From a virus, in IMG/VR virus record IMGVR_UViG_3300045988_151747: a stretch of 64,000 bases of DNA; one strand, given 5' to 3'. Below are positions 32,410 through 42,213 of the stretch, one piece after another. Under the pieces are notes generated by a model, which made no database searches, was not told the origin of the DNA, and saw nothing but the letters and a program-made list of their open reading frames with translations. Positions within the stretch are counted from its first letter, which is position 1; every line of letters starts with the position of its first letter. A program made the position numbers and the translations under genes.

Positions 32410-34233
32410 TTATAAAACATGAACTTTTGCTGCACTTAGAGTAGCTTTCTTGATTACTTTCCCTAAGCTGAAAGCGAGATTACTCATGTCCTCAAGCACA
32501 ACCCAATGTTTGAACATTGTCTTTGGGTCATAACACATATTAATACAGACCTGAATTACAGTAAAGTCCATTTTCTCTACTTTATCCACACATTCCTTTG
32601 TATGTTCTATCGCCTTACTGCCCCTGTAACGGGAAGCACTCGGTTCACCGTCTGATAGAACAAACAGCAAAACATGATTCTGTGTCTGTTTGCGAATACG
32701 CTGGGCGGTTTCAAGTATGGCAATACCATCCCTGTTTTCACATCTTGCCTCAACAGAACCCAGGGAATACCTTGGCTTGAAAGTTTTTTCACGATAAATC
32801 ATTAGTTCGGTAGCACCGTCAAAACGACTGTCACCCGAATGACCGTAAATGAACAGTTCCACTTTTGGAGAATCCCCCAAAGCCTCATTGATAAGTATGG
32901 CAGTATCACGGGCAGCTTCTATTCTACCACCGCACATGGAACCACTCTCGTCAATAAGCACGCCCACACTTACACCGTCAGTCCTTACTTCACCTTGTCG
33001 GATATATACGGTAGGAACACCCTGTACGGCTTCGGCAAGTTTGGAAGTATCCAGCATACCGCTTCTCATAGAGCGGTGTATGTACTGGTATTCCTTACAA
33101 TGGCAACGTATAACTTTGGATATTGCCGGAGCATAACGTTTAACTCTGGCAAGTGATTCCTTGTACCGTTCCTCATTAGTAGGAGGAAATTTGAAAAAGG
33201 CATCCTTGGTTCCTCCCATATCTACTGTGCCCTCACATACATCTCCAAGCAAACCTCTGTCCTTTTTCACGGCATCAGCAATTTTGGAGTCATCCATACG
33301 GTCCGGCATTGAACGGTCAAGTTTGTCAAGTATATCTGAACTGTCGGATGCCATTCGTTTCTCAACCTCCACACCCGATAGTCCTCCTCCGGAAGCGGAA
33401 TCCTCTTTCATTTCCTCTTCAAGTTTGTCCTTATAGAACTCTTTAAGAATATCAAAAACCTTATAGGCAGCGAGAACCGTTTCCTTAGTAGTTACTGGAT
33501 AGGGTAAAAGCACTTTCTTTATTTCAACGAGATATGGAGCATACTTTACTATCTCGGCTTCATCTATGTATTTAGGGTATCGGACAATCTCCAGTATAAG
33601 ATTGAGAAGAACCTCAAAATCATTAAGTTCCGATTTTTCTTTTTTGGGAGCGACATAATCCAAGTAGTAACTGTCAAACCAGTAATATTTGCTTCGTTCC
33701 AAGAATCGTGCGAAACCCGGTTTCAAATCACCGCAAAGTTTCTCAATACGTTCATCTTCCAGTATATTGAATAATCGGGATATGATTCTGTTACCGATAG
33801 AAGTCAGACGTTCCTTGTTTGTGTACAACAAGTGGCATCCCTCATGTACAGTGGTCCCCAAAAATACGTCCAACCGTTCACCAACAGTAAGAGCCTTGTC
33901 AGTAAGCATTATGGTGGAAACCTGTACTTTCTGAAAGTCAGTGAAACTGTCCTCCCCGTTATGAATTACAACTTTTACCTTGTAGGGAATATCCATAGAA
34001 GTTATCATATCACGTGCCAGAGGATATGCACGCTTTATCAGTTCTGCTTCATCAGCACATTCCAGATAGTAGGAAGAATAGGCACTTCCCTCTTCCAAGG
34101 TACTTTCCCAATCAAGTTTCCCCTCTTTTCGTATATGTGTGAACGCCTTACCGTCACGTTCCAACCAATCTTCCAAAAGTTCGTCCACGATTTCATCGGT
34201 GACAACCATATCTTTATCCACAGCCATAGTCAA
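32410..34233 (-). CDS. von Willebrand factor A domain protein (CobT-like)
   Basis: C-terminal vWA MIDAS motif VGVLIDESGSM. 607 aa. It is paired with the upstream AAA+ ATPase. Confidence 0.75.
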   Translation of the reverse strand: MTMAVDKDMVVTDEIVDELLEDWLERDGKAFTHIRKEGKLDWESTLEEGSAYSSYYLECADEAELIKRAYPLARDMITSMDIPYKVKVVIHNGEDSFTDFQKVQVSTIMLTDKALTVGERLDVFLGTTVHEGCHLLYTNKERLTSIGNRIISRLFNILEDERIEKLCGDLKPGFARFLERSKYYWFDSYYLDYVAPKKEKSELNDFEVLLNLILEIVRYPKYIDEAEIVKYAPYLVEIKKVLLPYPVTTKETVLAAYKVFDILKEFYKDKLEEEMKEDSASGGGLSGVEVEKRMASDSSDILDKLDRSMPDRMDDSKIADAVKKDRGLLGDVCEGTVDMGGTKDAFFKFPPTNEERYKESLARVKRYAPAISKVIRCHCKEYQYIHRSMRSGMLDTSKLAEAVQGVPTVYIRQGEVRTDGVSVGVLIDESGSMCGGRIEAARDTAILINEALGDSPKVELFIYGHSGDSRFDGATELMIYREKTFKPRYSLGSVEARCENRDGIAILETAQRIRKQTQNHVLLFVLSDGEPSASRYRGSKAIEHTKECVDKVEKMDFTVIQVCINMCYDPKTMFKHWVVLEDMSNLAFSLGKVIKKATLSAAKVHVL

Positions 34234-34412
34234 TATGTTATTTTAAATAGTTCCTTTTTATAATACCCGGTTTTAAGCAACTCGGATTTCTTGGCATTAA
34301 GTATAGGAAACGCCCTATCTTTCAAGATGCGTTTCCCGTTATACCACAAGCTACCGTAGGTCTTTTTCTTAGGTTTGTCTACGGGAAATTGATTACTTGT
34401 TGCCATAGGCAA
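34230..34412 (-). CDS. hypothetical small basic protein
   Basis: 60-aa ORF between the ATPase and vWA genes, with a 4-nt overlap. Confidence 0.45.
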   Translation of the reverse strand: MPMATSNQFPVDKPKKKTYGSLWYNGKRILKDRAFPILNAKKSELLKTGYYKKELFKITY

Positions 34413-34419
34413 GAAATTT

Positions 34420-35637
34420 TTATCTACTACTAATCACCCTGCATACGATACCACGTTCTCCATCGGAGCGAGTACCTTCAAAAAGAGGAAGAAGAACCAG
34501 TTCCATAGCACGTACCAAATCCCATCCGTCAGCAACCAAGTCACCCACCATAAGAGTTTCACGGGTGGAAATGGAACTGCTTATCTCCTGTTTGTTATAC
34601 ATATTACGCAAACTGTTTGCAACCTTTGTAATAATTGTAGCGTCCGAAAGGGAAATTCCACAGCGTTTTACCAAAACCTTGTTTTCCTGTTCCGGTGGCA
34701 TATATGATAATTCGATAGGGAAGAAACGTCCTACAAGTGCACGGTCCATACTCATTGTACCCGTATATTCCACACCAACATTGGCAGTTGCTACAAAACA
34801 ACATTCCGGATGCACTTCTATTTCACGTAAGTCCTCACCGCCGGCAATTTCCACAGGAAGTTTTCTACGGCTGTCAAGACAGGGAAACAGAATGTTATTA
34901 GTAGTAACGGGTGCACGGGATAACTCGTCCAAAAGCACTACACCCGGTTTGGATATATCCCTTGTAAATTTGGCATAGTCAAATACTGATACACCTCCCT
35001 TTTGCAATCGGTGTACACCTAAAAGTCCGGCTACTGGGTCATACATGGAACCCATATCATAGACAGAACAGGATATGCCAAGTTTCTTACAGGCAAGTAA
35101 CACAAGTTCGGTCTTACCACCACCCGTAGCACCGATAAGCATCGTGTTCACCTGATTCTGAATATTACGCATAAGCAGATACCATACATCTGAATCTACA
35201 TAGAAACCCTCTGAACCGATAGAGGGGATTTTAAATTCCGGATTTGTTTTCATCTTCCCCAATAAAGTTTTGGAGGAAGTCTTGGTGTCCTTTTTTTCAT
35301 CTGAACTGCCAGAATCATAAGAAGAGGTGGAAGTACCTATAAATATTTCATAGGCTCTAACCATTTCTTCGGTAGGCTTATGTTTCGGGTCCCGATAATC
35401 AGCATCAAGAATACCGATAGGAAAGATGTTTCCTGCCTGATAATACTTACTGGCAGGCTTGAGCATATCGGTCACAAAGGTTGTACCCGTGGGGTACGCA
35501 TCCCTTAAAGACCTGTCGGCACTTACATTTACCGTGCTGTCGATTGTAGTACCATCTTCAAAAGTCTGACCGTTAAGTGCCTTACAACGTTGTCTACCCT
35601 CTTCTACGAGAGTTCTCAAAAAGTAATATTTTTCCAT
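34420..35637 (-). CDS. AAA+ ATPase (MoxR/CobS-like)
   Basis: Walker A LIGATGGGKTE and Walker B VVLLDELSRA. 405 aa. Confidence 0.8.
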   Translation of the reverse strand: MEKYYFLRTLVEEGRQRCKALNGQTFEDGTTIDSTVNVSADRSLRDAYPTGTTFVTDMLKPASKYYQAGNIFPIGILDADYRDPKHKPTEEMVRAYEIFIGTSTSSYDSGSSDEKKDTKTSSKTLLGKMKTNPEFKIPSIGSEGFYVDSDVWYLLMRNIQNQVNTMLIGATGGGKTELVLLACKKLGISCSVYDMGSMYDPVAGLLGVHRLQKGGVSVFDYAKFTRDISKPGVVLLDELSRAPVTTNNILFPCLDSRRKLPVEIAGGEDLREIEVHPECCFVATANVGVEYTGTMSMDRALVGRFFPIELSYMPPEQENKVLVKRCGISLSDATIITKVANSLRNMYNKQEISSSISTRETLMVGDLVADGWDLVRAMELVLLPLFEGTRSDGERGIVCRVISSR

Positions 35638-35646
35638 TTTGTGAGA

Positions 35647-35841
35647 TTAAAAAAGTTTATGTGATTTTTCTAAGTTATAAATTATACTCTCTGCGGTGCT
35701 CAAATCCAGATTTTTTCGGAGTGTTCTTTTCCGGAATCCTGTACCATCAGTCATTTGTGAATATTCCACCACTTTAAACAACCCGTGTTGTTGTTTCTTA
35801 TATTCAAAGCGGAATATACGGTATAAGTTTATTTTCGGCAT
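35647..35841 (-). CDS. hypothetical protein
   Basis: 64-aa ORF. Confidence 0.45.
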   Translation of the reverse strand: MPKINLYRIFRFEYKKQQHGLFKVVEYSQMTDGTGFRKRTLRKNLDLSTAESIIYNLEKSHKLF

Positions 35842-35880
35842 AGTTAAATATACAAATTTTTATGGAAATAACAAAACCCC

Positions 35881-36246
35881 CTAACTGTTATCCTTATACG
35901 CAAGTTCAATCAAAAATTGTAAGTCCTCATAAGTAAGAATAGCAAGGCTGTCACGGGATTTCTCAAAATCCACCACAAAGATAGGAATTTTTTTAGCCGA
36001 ACATTTCTTTTTCAGTTTAACCCACTCGGATAATTTAAGGCTATATGATTCATGGGCTGTGGTTTTTGCCTCAATTTCACAAAAATCAGTAATCACATCA
36101 TTTTGCCCGAATGTGGCTCCTGAATTGATAGTCGTATAGCCACGGAGTTTTTTAGCTATACGACTTTCCTGTTTTTTGGAACGCTCCCGTGTAGTAGTGG
36201 AACCGTCCATAAGTTTGTTCAGATACCCGAATTTACTCTTTACCAT
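35881..36246 (-). CDS. PD-(D/E)xK nuclease-fold protein (paralogue-like of 30196-30603)
   Basis: QESRIAKKLRG...INSGATFGQNDV...EIEAKTT, the same E...D...ExK order and a similar downstream KKIPIF. Confidence 0.45.
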   Translation of the reverse strand: MVKSKFGYLNKLMDGSTTTRERSKKQESRIAKKLRGYTTINSGATFGQNDVITDFCEIEAKTTAHESYSLKLSEWVKLKKKCSAKKIPIFVVDFEKSRDSLAILTYEDLQFLIELAYKDNS

Positions 36247-36494
36247 TGTATAGAATATATCCGGTGAATCTTCATTACGCTATCCCTGTAACTGGTGGTA
36301 AGAGTTACAGAGTAACCAACACTTTTAAGTATCTCTACCAACTCGGACACATCCGTACAGAATCCTATCGTCAATGAACACTTGCCGCTTTCAGCAGCCA
36401 TTTTTATTTTGGTAAATACCTCCCTGTAAGGAGTGGTGGCGATTTCCCTCGCCTGTTGTGCAGTAAGATACTGCTGTTTTTGTTTTTCAGTCAT
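36240..36494 (-). CDS. hypothetical protein
   Basis: 84 aa counted from the ATG at 36494, which lies 4 nt after the upstream stop. The longest ORF, to 36611, overlaps the upstream gene. Confidence 0.45.
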   Translation of the reverse strand: MTEKQKQQYLTAQQAREIATTPYREVFTKIKMAAESGKCSLTIGFCTDVSELVEILKSVGYSVTLTTSYRDSVMKIHRIYSIQW

Positions 36495-36498
36495 ATTC

Positions 36499-36885
36499 CT
36501 AAAATAAGTTTTGTACACTAAAATAAGAAATTTTATCAGAACTTTCAAGCCACTTGGAATACTCTTTACGAGCATGAGTTTCCCAATTGGTTTTTCCCAT
36601 ATTAAACCCATGAAGAACTTCTTTGTTCCATGCGTGCATTACAGCTTGTTCCAAAGTATCATGCACACAGTCAGAACGGGTAAGAGGATGTCCATACCCA
36701 TGGGTACTTGCCATAAACGAAGTAACACAACCCCATTTCCCATTTCTTTGAACCGCCTCAAAACGAAGACCAGTCTTGGGAACCTTCCATTGTAGGAATG
36801 TTACTGCCACACCAAAACAATTAAATACCGTTTCTTGGGGAAATAACATTTCTATTAATGTTGTAAGTATGCAAGCATCTATCAT
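36499..36885 (-). CDS. hypothetical protein
   Basis: 128-aa ORF. Confidence 0.5.
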   Translation of the reverse strand: MIDACILTTLIEMLFPQETVFNCFGVAVTFLQWKVPKTGLRFEAVQRNGKWGCVTSFMASTHGYGHPLTRSDCVHDTLEQAVMHAWNKEVLHGFNMGKTNWETHARKEYSKWLESSDKISYFSVQNLF

Positions 36886-36894
36886 ATTTTTGGT

Positions 36895-37155
36895 TTATTT
36901 TAAAATTTCATCAATAGATGATAAAATACTCTCCAGTCTTTCCAACTGCTCAGAGTATTTCATAAGAAGATTTTCTTCTCTTTCCGTAGCCTCCCCTCCA
37001 TTGTGAATATCATTATACTTTTCGTATTTTGATTTTACACTCTTATATGCTTTCTGAAAGAACGGAAGCAATATCTTACATTCCTCTTTGGTCATACAGA
37101 CCGTTATCTCGTATGGAGATGAATACGATTTTCTAGTGCCATCTATGTAACTCAT
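36895..37155 (-). CDS. hypothetical protein
   Basis: 86-aa ORF. Confidence 0.5.
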   Translation of the reverse strand: MSYIDGTRKSYSSPYEITVCMTKEECKILLPFFQKAYKSVKSKYEKYNDIHNGGEATEREENLLMKYSEQLERLESILSSIDEILK

Positions 37156-37373
37156 TTCTGTTCGTTATTGAAGTCATTAATATAACTACGCCCAGCATCA
37201 GTTGGACGATAAACAACATCACCAAATGGTCCAGCCGATTTCGTCAACAAACCGTTTTTTACCATTTCTTCTAAATCATCAGAGGGTTTACTATAACCAC
37301 CCCATCCTTTTTTGCAGATATTCCTTAAATGAATAAGCTGCATCTTACTTAATTCTATATTCATTTGGTTCAT
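37152..37373 (-). CDS. hypothetical protein
   Basis: 73-aa ORF. Confidence 0.5.
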   Translation of the reverse strand: MNQMNIELSKMQLIHLRNICKKGWGGYSKPSDDLEEMVKNGLLTKSAGPFGDVVYRPTDAGRSYINDFNNEQK

Positions 37374-37597
37374 ATTTTATCTGTTTTGAATTTCTTGTTT
37401 ATTTCTTTTTCTGCCGCCTTGGCTCCTTTCTTGAAACCCTCTACAAAGCTGTCAAAACAAATTCTGTTTATTTCTGGAGTACAGCTTCTCAAAAGTGGGC
37501 AAATCGAACATCTTTGGCTAAGTCCGGCTGACCTCTTGGCTATTTTCGTTACGTTTTTCATAGGCTTTACACTCTTCACAATGCAGTTTGTAAGCAT
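37370..37597 (-). CDS. hypothetical Cys-containing protein
   Basis: The first ATG is at 37597; the ORF-track start at 37603 is TTG. It overlaps the upstream ORF by about 80 nt, so the boundaries are uncertain. Confidence 0.35.
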   Translation of the reverse strand: MLTNCIVKSVKPMKNVTKIAKRSAGLSQRCSICPLLRSCTPEINRICFDSFVEGFKKGAKAAEKEINKKFKTDKI

Positions 37598-37754
37598 GGG
37601 CAAACATTCCTAGAGTAACAGGTTCAAAGTTAAAATCCGCCTGTTTCCCTTCTATAACAACAGAAACACACAATTGTCCATCGCAAAAGTCAATATACGC
37701 TTCACCACCTCCATTTCCTTTAATGGAAAGTGTTTGTGTCTGTACGCTATTCAT
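37518..37754 (-). CDS. hypothetical protein
   Basis: 78-aa ORF. Confidence 0.4.
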   Translation of the reverse strand: MNSVQTQTLSIKGNGGGEAYIDFCDGQLCVSVVIEGKQADFNFEPVTLGMFAHAYKLHCEECKAYEKRNENSQEVSRT

Positions 37755-38025
37755 TATTCACCTCCTTTAATCTTTTAATTATGGCATTAGCACAATTAAC
37801 CGAATATTTAGCAGCTACATCAGAACAAACACCAATATCGTTTGCTATAACCACATTAACGATTTCTTTTGCCAATTCGTATCTACGCTGTTCCCAGTCG
37901 ATAGTTTCACTAAAGAAATCAAGTTCTGATACTTTGAAATATTTATCATTCACCAATGCAGTGCCATCATCATATAAATCCTTGATATTTACAATTTCTC
38001 CTGTTAATTTTACTCTTGCTTTCAT
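37747..38025 (-). CDS. hypothetical protein
   Basis: 92-aa ORF. Confidence 0.5.
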   Translation of the reverse strand: MKARVKLTGEIVNIKDLYDDGTALVNDKYFKVSELDFFSETIDWEQRRYELAKEIVNVVIANDIGVCSDVAAKYSVNCANAIIKRLKEVNNE

Positions 38026-38044
38026 TGTTTAATCATTTATTATA

Positions 38045-38209
38045 TTACCACCAAAACATTCCACCCCAAAATAATATAAAAATAATACCTGCTACAAGTT
38101 TGACAACAGCACCCAAACCAAAAGCACCGTCCTTACCATTAGATGCCCAAAACAACCAAAGTATTAAAACTATAATTGCCACTACATTATACCATGCTAT
38201 TGTAATCAT
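38045..38209 (-). CDS. small membrane protein (54 aa)
   Basis: Hand-translated MITIAWYNVVAIIVLILWLFWASNGKDGAFGLGAVVKLVAGIIFILFWGGMFWW. ATGA start/stop overlap with the upstream gene. Two hydrophobic helices. Confidence 0.5.
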   Translation of the reverse strand: MITIAWYNVVAIIVLILWLFWASNGKDGAFGLGAVVKLVAGIIFILFWGGMFWW

Positions 38210-38592
38210 AATTGTTCCTCCTTTGTTTTAAAGTGTTCAATCAGTTCGTTTACGGAAGCCTTGTGTATTTTTCTACCTTCATTACATACTTCATCACCAC
38301 ATTTAAACCATAAATCCCCATCGGTAAACCATTGGTACTTGTCTGTATCATCCCTTAATGCAGCGATAGCCAGGAAAAGTTCCTCGTTAGCTCCGCAATC
38401 AACAAGGACATCTATTTCTTTAAGAGCATTTATATCATCATCGCGCCATGAATAAACCGAAATAATTCCAAACATACAAGTACATAGATTATGCCAACCT
38501 AAATATGGATTACAATAATAGCCAAGTTCTTTTAATCTATTTCTAATATTATCAGTATTTTTGCGTATGAAACACGGTGTTGTAAATCCCAT
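38206..38592 (-). CDS. hypothetical protein
   Basis: 128-aa ORF. Confidence 0.5.
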   Translation of the reverse strand: MGFTTPCFIRKNTDNIRNRLKELGYYCNPYLGWHNLCTCMFGIISVYSWRDDDINALKEIDVLVDCGANEELFLAIAALRDDTDKYQWFTDGDLWFKCGDEVCNEGRKIHKASVNELIEHFKTKEEQL

Positions 38593-38594
38593 AG

Positions 38595-38885
38595 TTATTC
38601 CTCCTTAATTATTCGCTCATTTATAATAAACTCTCCATGAATATCAATGGGAAGCATATTGGAAACACTCGCATGATAAGTCTTACCGTCCATTGCCTTA
38701 CATAGTGGATGTATTTCTTTAGGCATAGGGGCAGGACATTTTTTACAATGTCTTATCATTTCAAAATGTCTATTTTCCTTATTGCCACAACATTCACAAT
38801 GAATTGGATAGTAAAAATAAGTACGTTCCAACTGGGTTTCTTTTCCACATATTTCGCATCTGCCCCATTCTATTGAATTACACAT
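38595..38885 (-). CDS. zinc-ribbon protein
   Basis: CEICGKE...CECCGN...CKKCPAP CxxC pairs. Confidence 0.5.
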   Translation of the reverse strand: MCNSIEWGRCEICGKETQLERTYFYYPIHCECCGNKENRHFEMIRHCKKCPAPMPKEIHPLCKAMDGKTYHASVSNMLPIDIHGEFIINERIIKEE

Positions 38886-38921
38886 GATTGTTCCTCCTTC
38901 TCTGTTTTAATATCTGTTACT

Positions 38922-39131
38922 TTACTCATAGCGTATTATCTTTTCTTTAACTCCAGTAGTGCTACCACAGGAAGGGCATGGGATAAATATTACATTATAC
39001 CCTTCTCTTTGGTCAAAAAACTCACTGTGTATATCCGATTTCTCAAACTCAAATTCACATCCACATCTGTCACAACGCCGGAAGTAAATCGGATTTTTCT
39101 TATTAGCTTCTTTAATAATCTTTATTGCCAT
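38922..39131 (-). CDS. zinc-ribbon protein
   Basis: CDRCGC...CPSCGS CxxC pairs. 69 aa. Confidence 0.5.
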   Translation of the reverse strand: MAIKIIKEANKKNPIYFRRCDRCGCEFEFEKSDIHSEFFDQREGYNVIFIPCPSCGSTTGVKEKIIRYE

Positions 39132-39133
39132 AG

Positions 39134-39337
39134 CTAATCTTCTTTATATTTTGATTCATCAATTACAACACTCCTAATATTTCTTTCTCCAAATGTTTTA
39201 TAAGTCAACGTTCCTCCATAAAACTTTATGGTATCTCCCTTAACAGTAATAACCATTCCACCTTTTAATCTATGTTCCATATCACCTTTACAAGATAACA
39301 TCGTGGCTGTCATAAGTATAATTAATATAAACCTCAT
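39134..39337 (-). CDS. small lipoprotein
   Basis: Signal plus lipobox-like MRFILIILMTATMLSCKGD. Confidence 0.5.
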   Translation of the reverse strand: MRFILIILMTATMLSCKGDMEHRLKGGMVITVKGDTIKFYGGTLTYKTFGERNIRSVVIDESKYKED

Positions 39338-39339
39338 AA

Positions 39340-39735
39340 TTAATCTCCTTTCTCTTTAATCCGTTCAAGTACATCTCTGTTGGCTTCTAGTATATCATCA
39401 AAAGACGGGATGGGCATCCAAGCTACCGTATCATAATACACTGTATCATAATACACTAATGCTTTTGCTTCCCATTCTCCATCTATATAATTGTTTACAC
39501 ATATAAAATAATTATTAGAGCGCTTCACCTTACAGAGTGTAAATACCATATCTTCATTTTCCGGCAACCGTTCATTAACGCTTATCCAAGGAGATTGCTT
39601 TGACTGCCATTCGGCACCTTGAACGAAATTCATCTCTCCAAACTTTGCCAAATCTTTACCAAACAAAGTTCTGTCAACTGTCCTGTGATTAAACAGGATA
39701 TTTTCTCTTGCTGCTTCTTCTACTGTCTGTTTCAT
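39340..39735 (-). CDS. DUF551-like protein
   Basis: WISVNERLPENEDMVFTL matches the characteristic DUF551 W.SV..RLPE motif. Confidence 0.5.
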   Translation of the reverse strand: MKQTVEEAARENILFNHRTVDRTLFGKDLAKFGEMNFVQGAEWQSKQSPWISVNERLPENEDMVFTLCKVKRSNNYFICVNNYIDGEWEAKALVYYDTVYYDTVAWMPIPSFDDILEANRDVLERIKEKGD

Positions 39736-39736
39736 A

Positions 39737-39919
39737 TCAAAATACTATTTTAAAATCTTTTCCTTTTAACGTAGGAAGCCTGTCAGTGACAAACTTCTCC
39801 AGTTCCTCTTCGTCTATCGGGAACAACGGGCAATATTGGTATCTGAACGTATGTACAAACCGCCCGTCAAGCATTACATCAAAAACCAGTGTTTTCATAT
39901 CTTGTTCACTTTTGTCCAT
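39737..39919 (-). CDS. hypothetical protein
   Basis: 60-aa ORF. Confidence 0.4.
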   Translation of the reverse strand: MDKSEQDMKTLVFDVMLDGRFVHTFRYQYCPLFPIDEEELEKFVTDRLPTLKGKDFKIVF

Positions 39920-40086
39920 AAACTAAACTCGGTATAGAGATATTTCCATTTATCCCTGTAACGGTATTTGTCATTCGAGTATTGGCAACGGACACAATAA
40001 TCCGTCTTATATAAAACCTCATAGATTACTCCCCTGTGTTCAAACAGTTCGTGACTATCAAGGGTTCCTACTTCTACCTTCTTCAT
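39895..40086 (-). CDS. hypothetical protein
   Basis: 63-aa ORF. Confidence 0.4.
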   Translation of the reverse strand: MKKVEVGTLDSHELFEHRGVIYEVLYKTDYCVRCQYSNDKYRYRDKWKYLYTEFSLWTKVNKI

Positions 40087-40115
40087 AACTGTAAGAATTC
40101 AATTATTCATATAAT

Positions 40116-40535
40116 CTATACTACCAATATTTCACGGTAAGAAATACAAATAAGATTGGAAACCTCATTCTCATCGTGACACCATGCAAGAAACCATTTC
40201 TTACCTTTAGTAGTATTAAACTGCCCTTTCCACATTTTACCGTTATACTTACCCGTAGGCTCGGAGTTTGTATAATCCGGCAATAAGTCAAAGTCCAGTT
40301 TACTCATAAGCACATAATCATCGTCCAAAACAAAACCGCTAGGGTCTGGTTGTACCCAATGTTTTCCAAGTGAATTTGTCATTGGTGGAATAGTATTCTT
40401 GTTCAAAGAAACATTATCAGTGTTTTCCTTAAACTGTGCACCCGCAATAAATCCTTTATAGTAAGCAGTAAAAGCATTTCCGTCATTTTGCGATTCTGCA
40501 AACTTATAGGCGGCTTTTTCAATTTCTTTATTCAT
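40116..40535 (-). CDS. hypothetical protein
   Basis: 139-aa ORF. Confidence 0.5.
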   Translation of the reverse strand: MNKEIEKAAYKFAESQNDGNAFTAYYKGFIAGAQFKENTDNVSLNKNTIPPMTNSLGKHWVQPDPSGFVLDDDYVLMSKLDFDLLPDYTNSEPTGKYNGKMWKGQFNTTKGKKWFLAWCHDENEVSNLICISYREILVV

Positions 40536-40774
40536 CAGTCAAGCATTTTATAGTGTCTTTTAAAAGTATCCCAAGGAGTGTAGTCTACATAAGGAGTACC
40601 ATCCCATGTATTTTGCCATGTATATTTGGCATAAAATATGGAACTCCATTTAAAGAACTTGAATTGCCATATAAACGAAATGATATTGAACGCCAAAAAT
40701 ACTGCAATCTCGAACAGTGTATATGCTATGCAAAGCAAACACCATATAATCAAATGTATTCTTAAATATTTCAT
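40535..40774 (-). CDS. small membrane protein
   Basis: Two TM helices (LIIWCLLCIAYTLFEIAVFLAFNIISFIW). Confidence 0.5.
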   Translation of the reverse strand: MKYLRIHLIIWCLLCIAYTLFEIAVFLAFNIISFIWQFKFFKWSSIFYAKYTWQNTWDGTPYVDYTPWDTFKRHYKMLD

Positions 40775-41952
40775 AATAAGCCAAAGTCTAAAAGTTTCGC
40801 AATCATAGGCGGTTCCATCATTTCCAGTTTAGCCATAGAACATGGGGTATAGGTAAGTCCGAATAACAACATTCCCTTATGACAGAACTTTCCGTATTTT
40901 GATATTGCCTCCAACTGCTCATCGCTTATCGGAATAGGGGATTTCTTAGTATATGCAGTCCTAATGTATCCGTCATACAGGATATGGTTATTGTGTACTT
41001 TTACCCACCCTTGTTCGCATAACCAAGTGTCCATAGATTTATGGGGGAAATCTTTCAATGGGTCAACACCGTTTTCTACGGTCATACGACTTCTTATAGC
41101 ATCAGCCAATGCCGCATGGAGCATATTGGCGTAAGAACCGTTTGTTCCAAAATAGGTTCCATCCCGTGCAATCCATCCGGCATCATAGTTGTCAGTTATG
41201 GAAACTGGCTGTATCTCCTTACCAAGAAGTTCCTTGGTGTTTTCAGCACCCTCCATATATTTGGAAAGCTGTTCGTCCTCAGCTTCAAATTGTTTCAGTA
41301 ATAATGAATATTCTCCGTTAATAATAGCGCTTAACCTTATTTGTAACATGGAAACTACATTGTGTCTGCCTCTTGACAAATCACAAGAAACGTCTGGATA
41401 AACGGCATCTATAAAATCAAACACTCTATATAGTTTGGCAGCTCTGTCCAAGAACTTGGTACACTGGTTCACTAATAAAACTATACGTTCTACATCCTCC
41501 ATGTGAGAAAGTTTTCCACGGAATGTTTCCCAATCCTTCATTGTAGCGGAAAGAACTATTGACACTACATCCTTAATCGGGATTTCCAGTTTTTGTTTTT
41601 GCACAAATCGGGCTATTTGCTCCAACGCCCGGTAATATTCCCTTGCCGTATCACCAATCTCTTTATGGTTTCTTTCATACCACGAGGACAAGTTGGGTCT
41701 GGGAAAATCCTTATGTAAAAACCTGTCATAGGTAGCAATCTCAATAGTCTGCTTATCGTCCATTACTACACAGACCATATCGCCTTTAAGTATCTTGAGA
41801 GCGATATTATCCGGACACCCCATAAGGGATGTGGTTATTACCTTTATAGCTTTTTCTGGGTCTAACTCATATAATAATGCTTCTTGGGCGATTTGCATAA
41901 GAAGTTTACCTGCATCATCGCCTAATGTGAAATGTACGGTTCCTTTTTTCAT
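40771..41952 (-). CDS. hypothetical protein (393 aa)
   Basis: Long ORF. No motif recognised. Confidence 0.6.
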   Translation of the reverse strand: MKKGTVHFTLGDDAGKLLMQIAQEALLYELDPEKAIKVITTSLMGCPDNIALKILKGDMVCVVMDDKQTIEIATYDRFLHKDFPRPNLSSWYERNHKEIGDTAREYYRALEQIARFVQKQKLEIPIKDVVSIVLSATMKDWETFRGKLSHMEDVERIVLLVNQCTKFLDRAAKLYRVFDFIDAVYPDVSCDLSRGRHNVVSMLQIRLSAIINGEYSLLLKQFEAEDEQLSKYMEGAENTKELLGKEIQPVSITDNYDAGWIARDGTYFGTNGSYANMLHAALADAIRSRMTVENGVDPLKDFPHKSMDTWLCEQGWVKVHNNHILYDGYIRTAYTKKSPIPISDEQLEAISKYGKFCHKGMLLFGLTYTPCSMAKLEMMEPPMIAKLLDFGLL

Positions 41953-42013
41953 AGTGAGAAATTTTTAATACTTGAATATAGGAAAAATTTAGGAGGAAAA
42001 CAATCTGAAAAAT

Positions 42014-42044
42014 AAAGCCCCACTGGATTTTCCAATGAGGCTTT
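42014..42044 (-). terminator. rho-independent terminator
   Basis: Imperfect stem of about 12 bp (AAAGCC.CA.TGG / CCA.TG.GGCTTT) with an ATTTT loop, followed by ATTTTTC on the minus strand. Confidence 0.5.
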
Positions 42045-42048
42045 GAGT

Positions 42049-42213
42049 TTACTTTTTGATTGCATCACGTAATTTGCGGAGAGGTGAATCTTCCACGTTC
42101 TTTTCATCATGGGGTTTTGATGCTTGAAGTTTCTCCATGTTCTGCTTTGTAAGTTTACCAACCATTTGTAGTCCTTGACCACCAAACAGTCCTCCAAAAA
42201 GTCCTTTTGCCAT
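42049..42213 (-). CDS. hypothetical small protein (54 aa)
   Basis: Hand-translated MAKGLFGGLFGGQGLQMVGKLTKQNMEKLQASKPHDEKNVEDSPLRKLRDAIKK, followed by a terminator. It replaces the implausible ORF-track entry 41949-42197. Confidence 0.45.
   Translation of the reverse strand: MAKGLFGGLFGGQGLQMVGKLTKQNMEKLQASKPHDEKNVEDSPLRKLRDAIKK

Noticed and set aside
37370-37754. Programmed frameshift joining ORFs 37518-37754 and 37370-37603
   Set aside because: The ORFs overlap by about 80 nt, but I found no slippery heptamer or homopolymer at the junction. Both were kept as separate low-confidence ORFs.
41949-42197. 82-aa ORF-track entry downstream of 42226-42468
   Set aside because: The sequence is compositionally implausible and spans a terminator hairpin. 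A different frame gives a clean 54-aa ORF (42049-42213) that ends just before that terminator.
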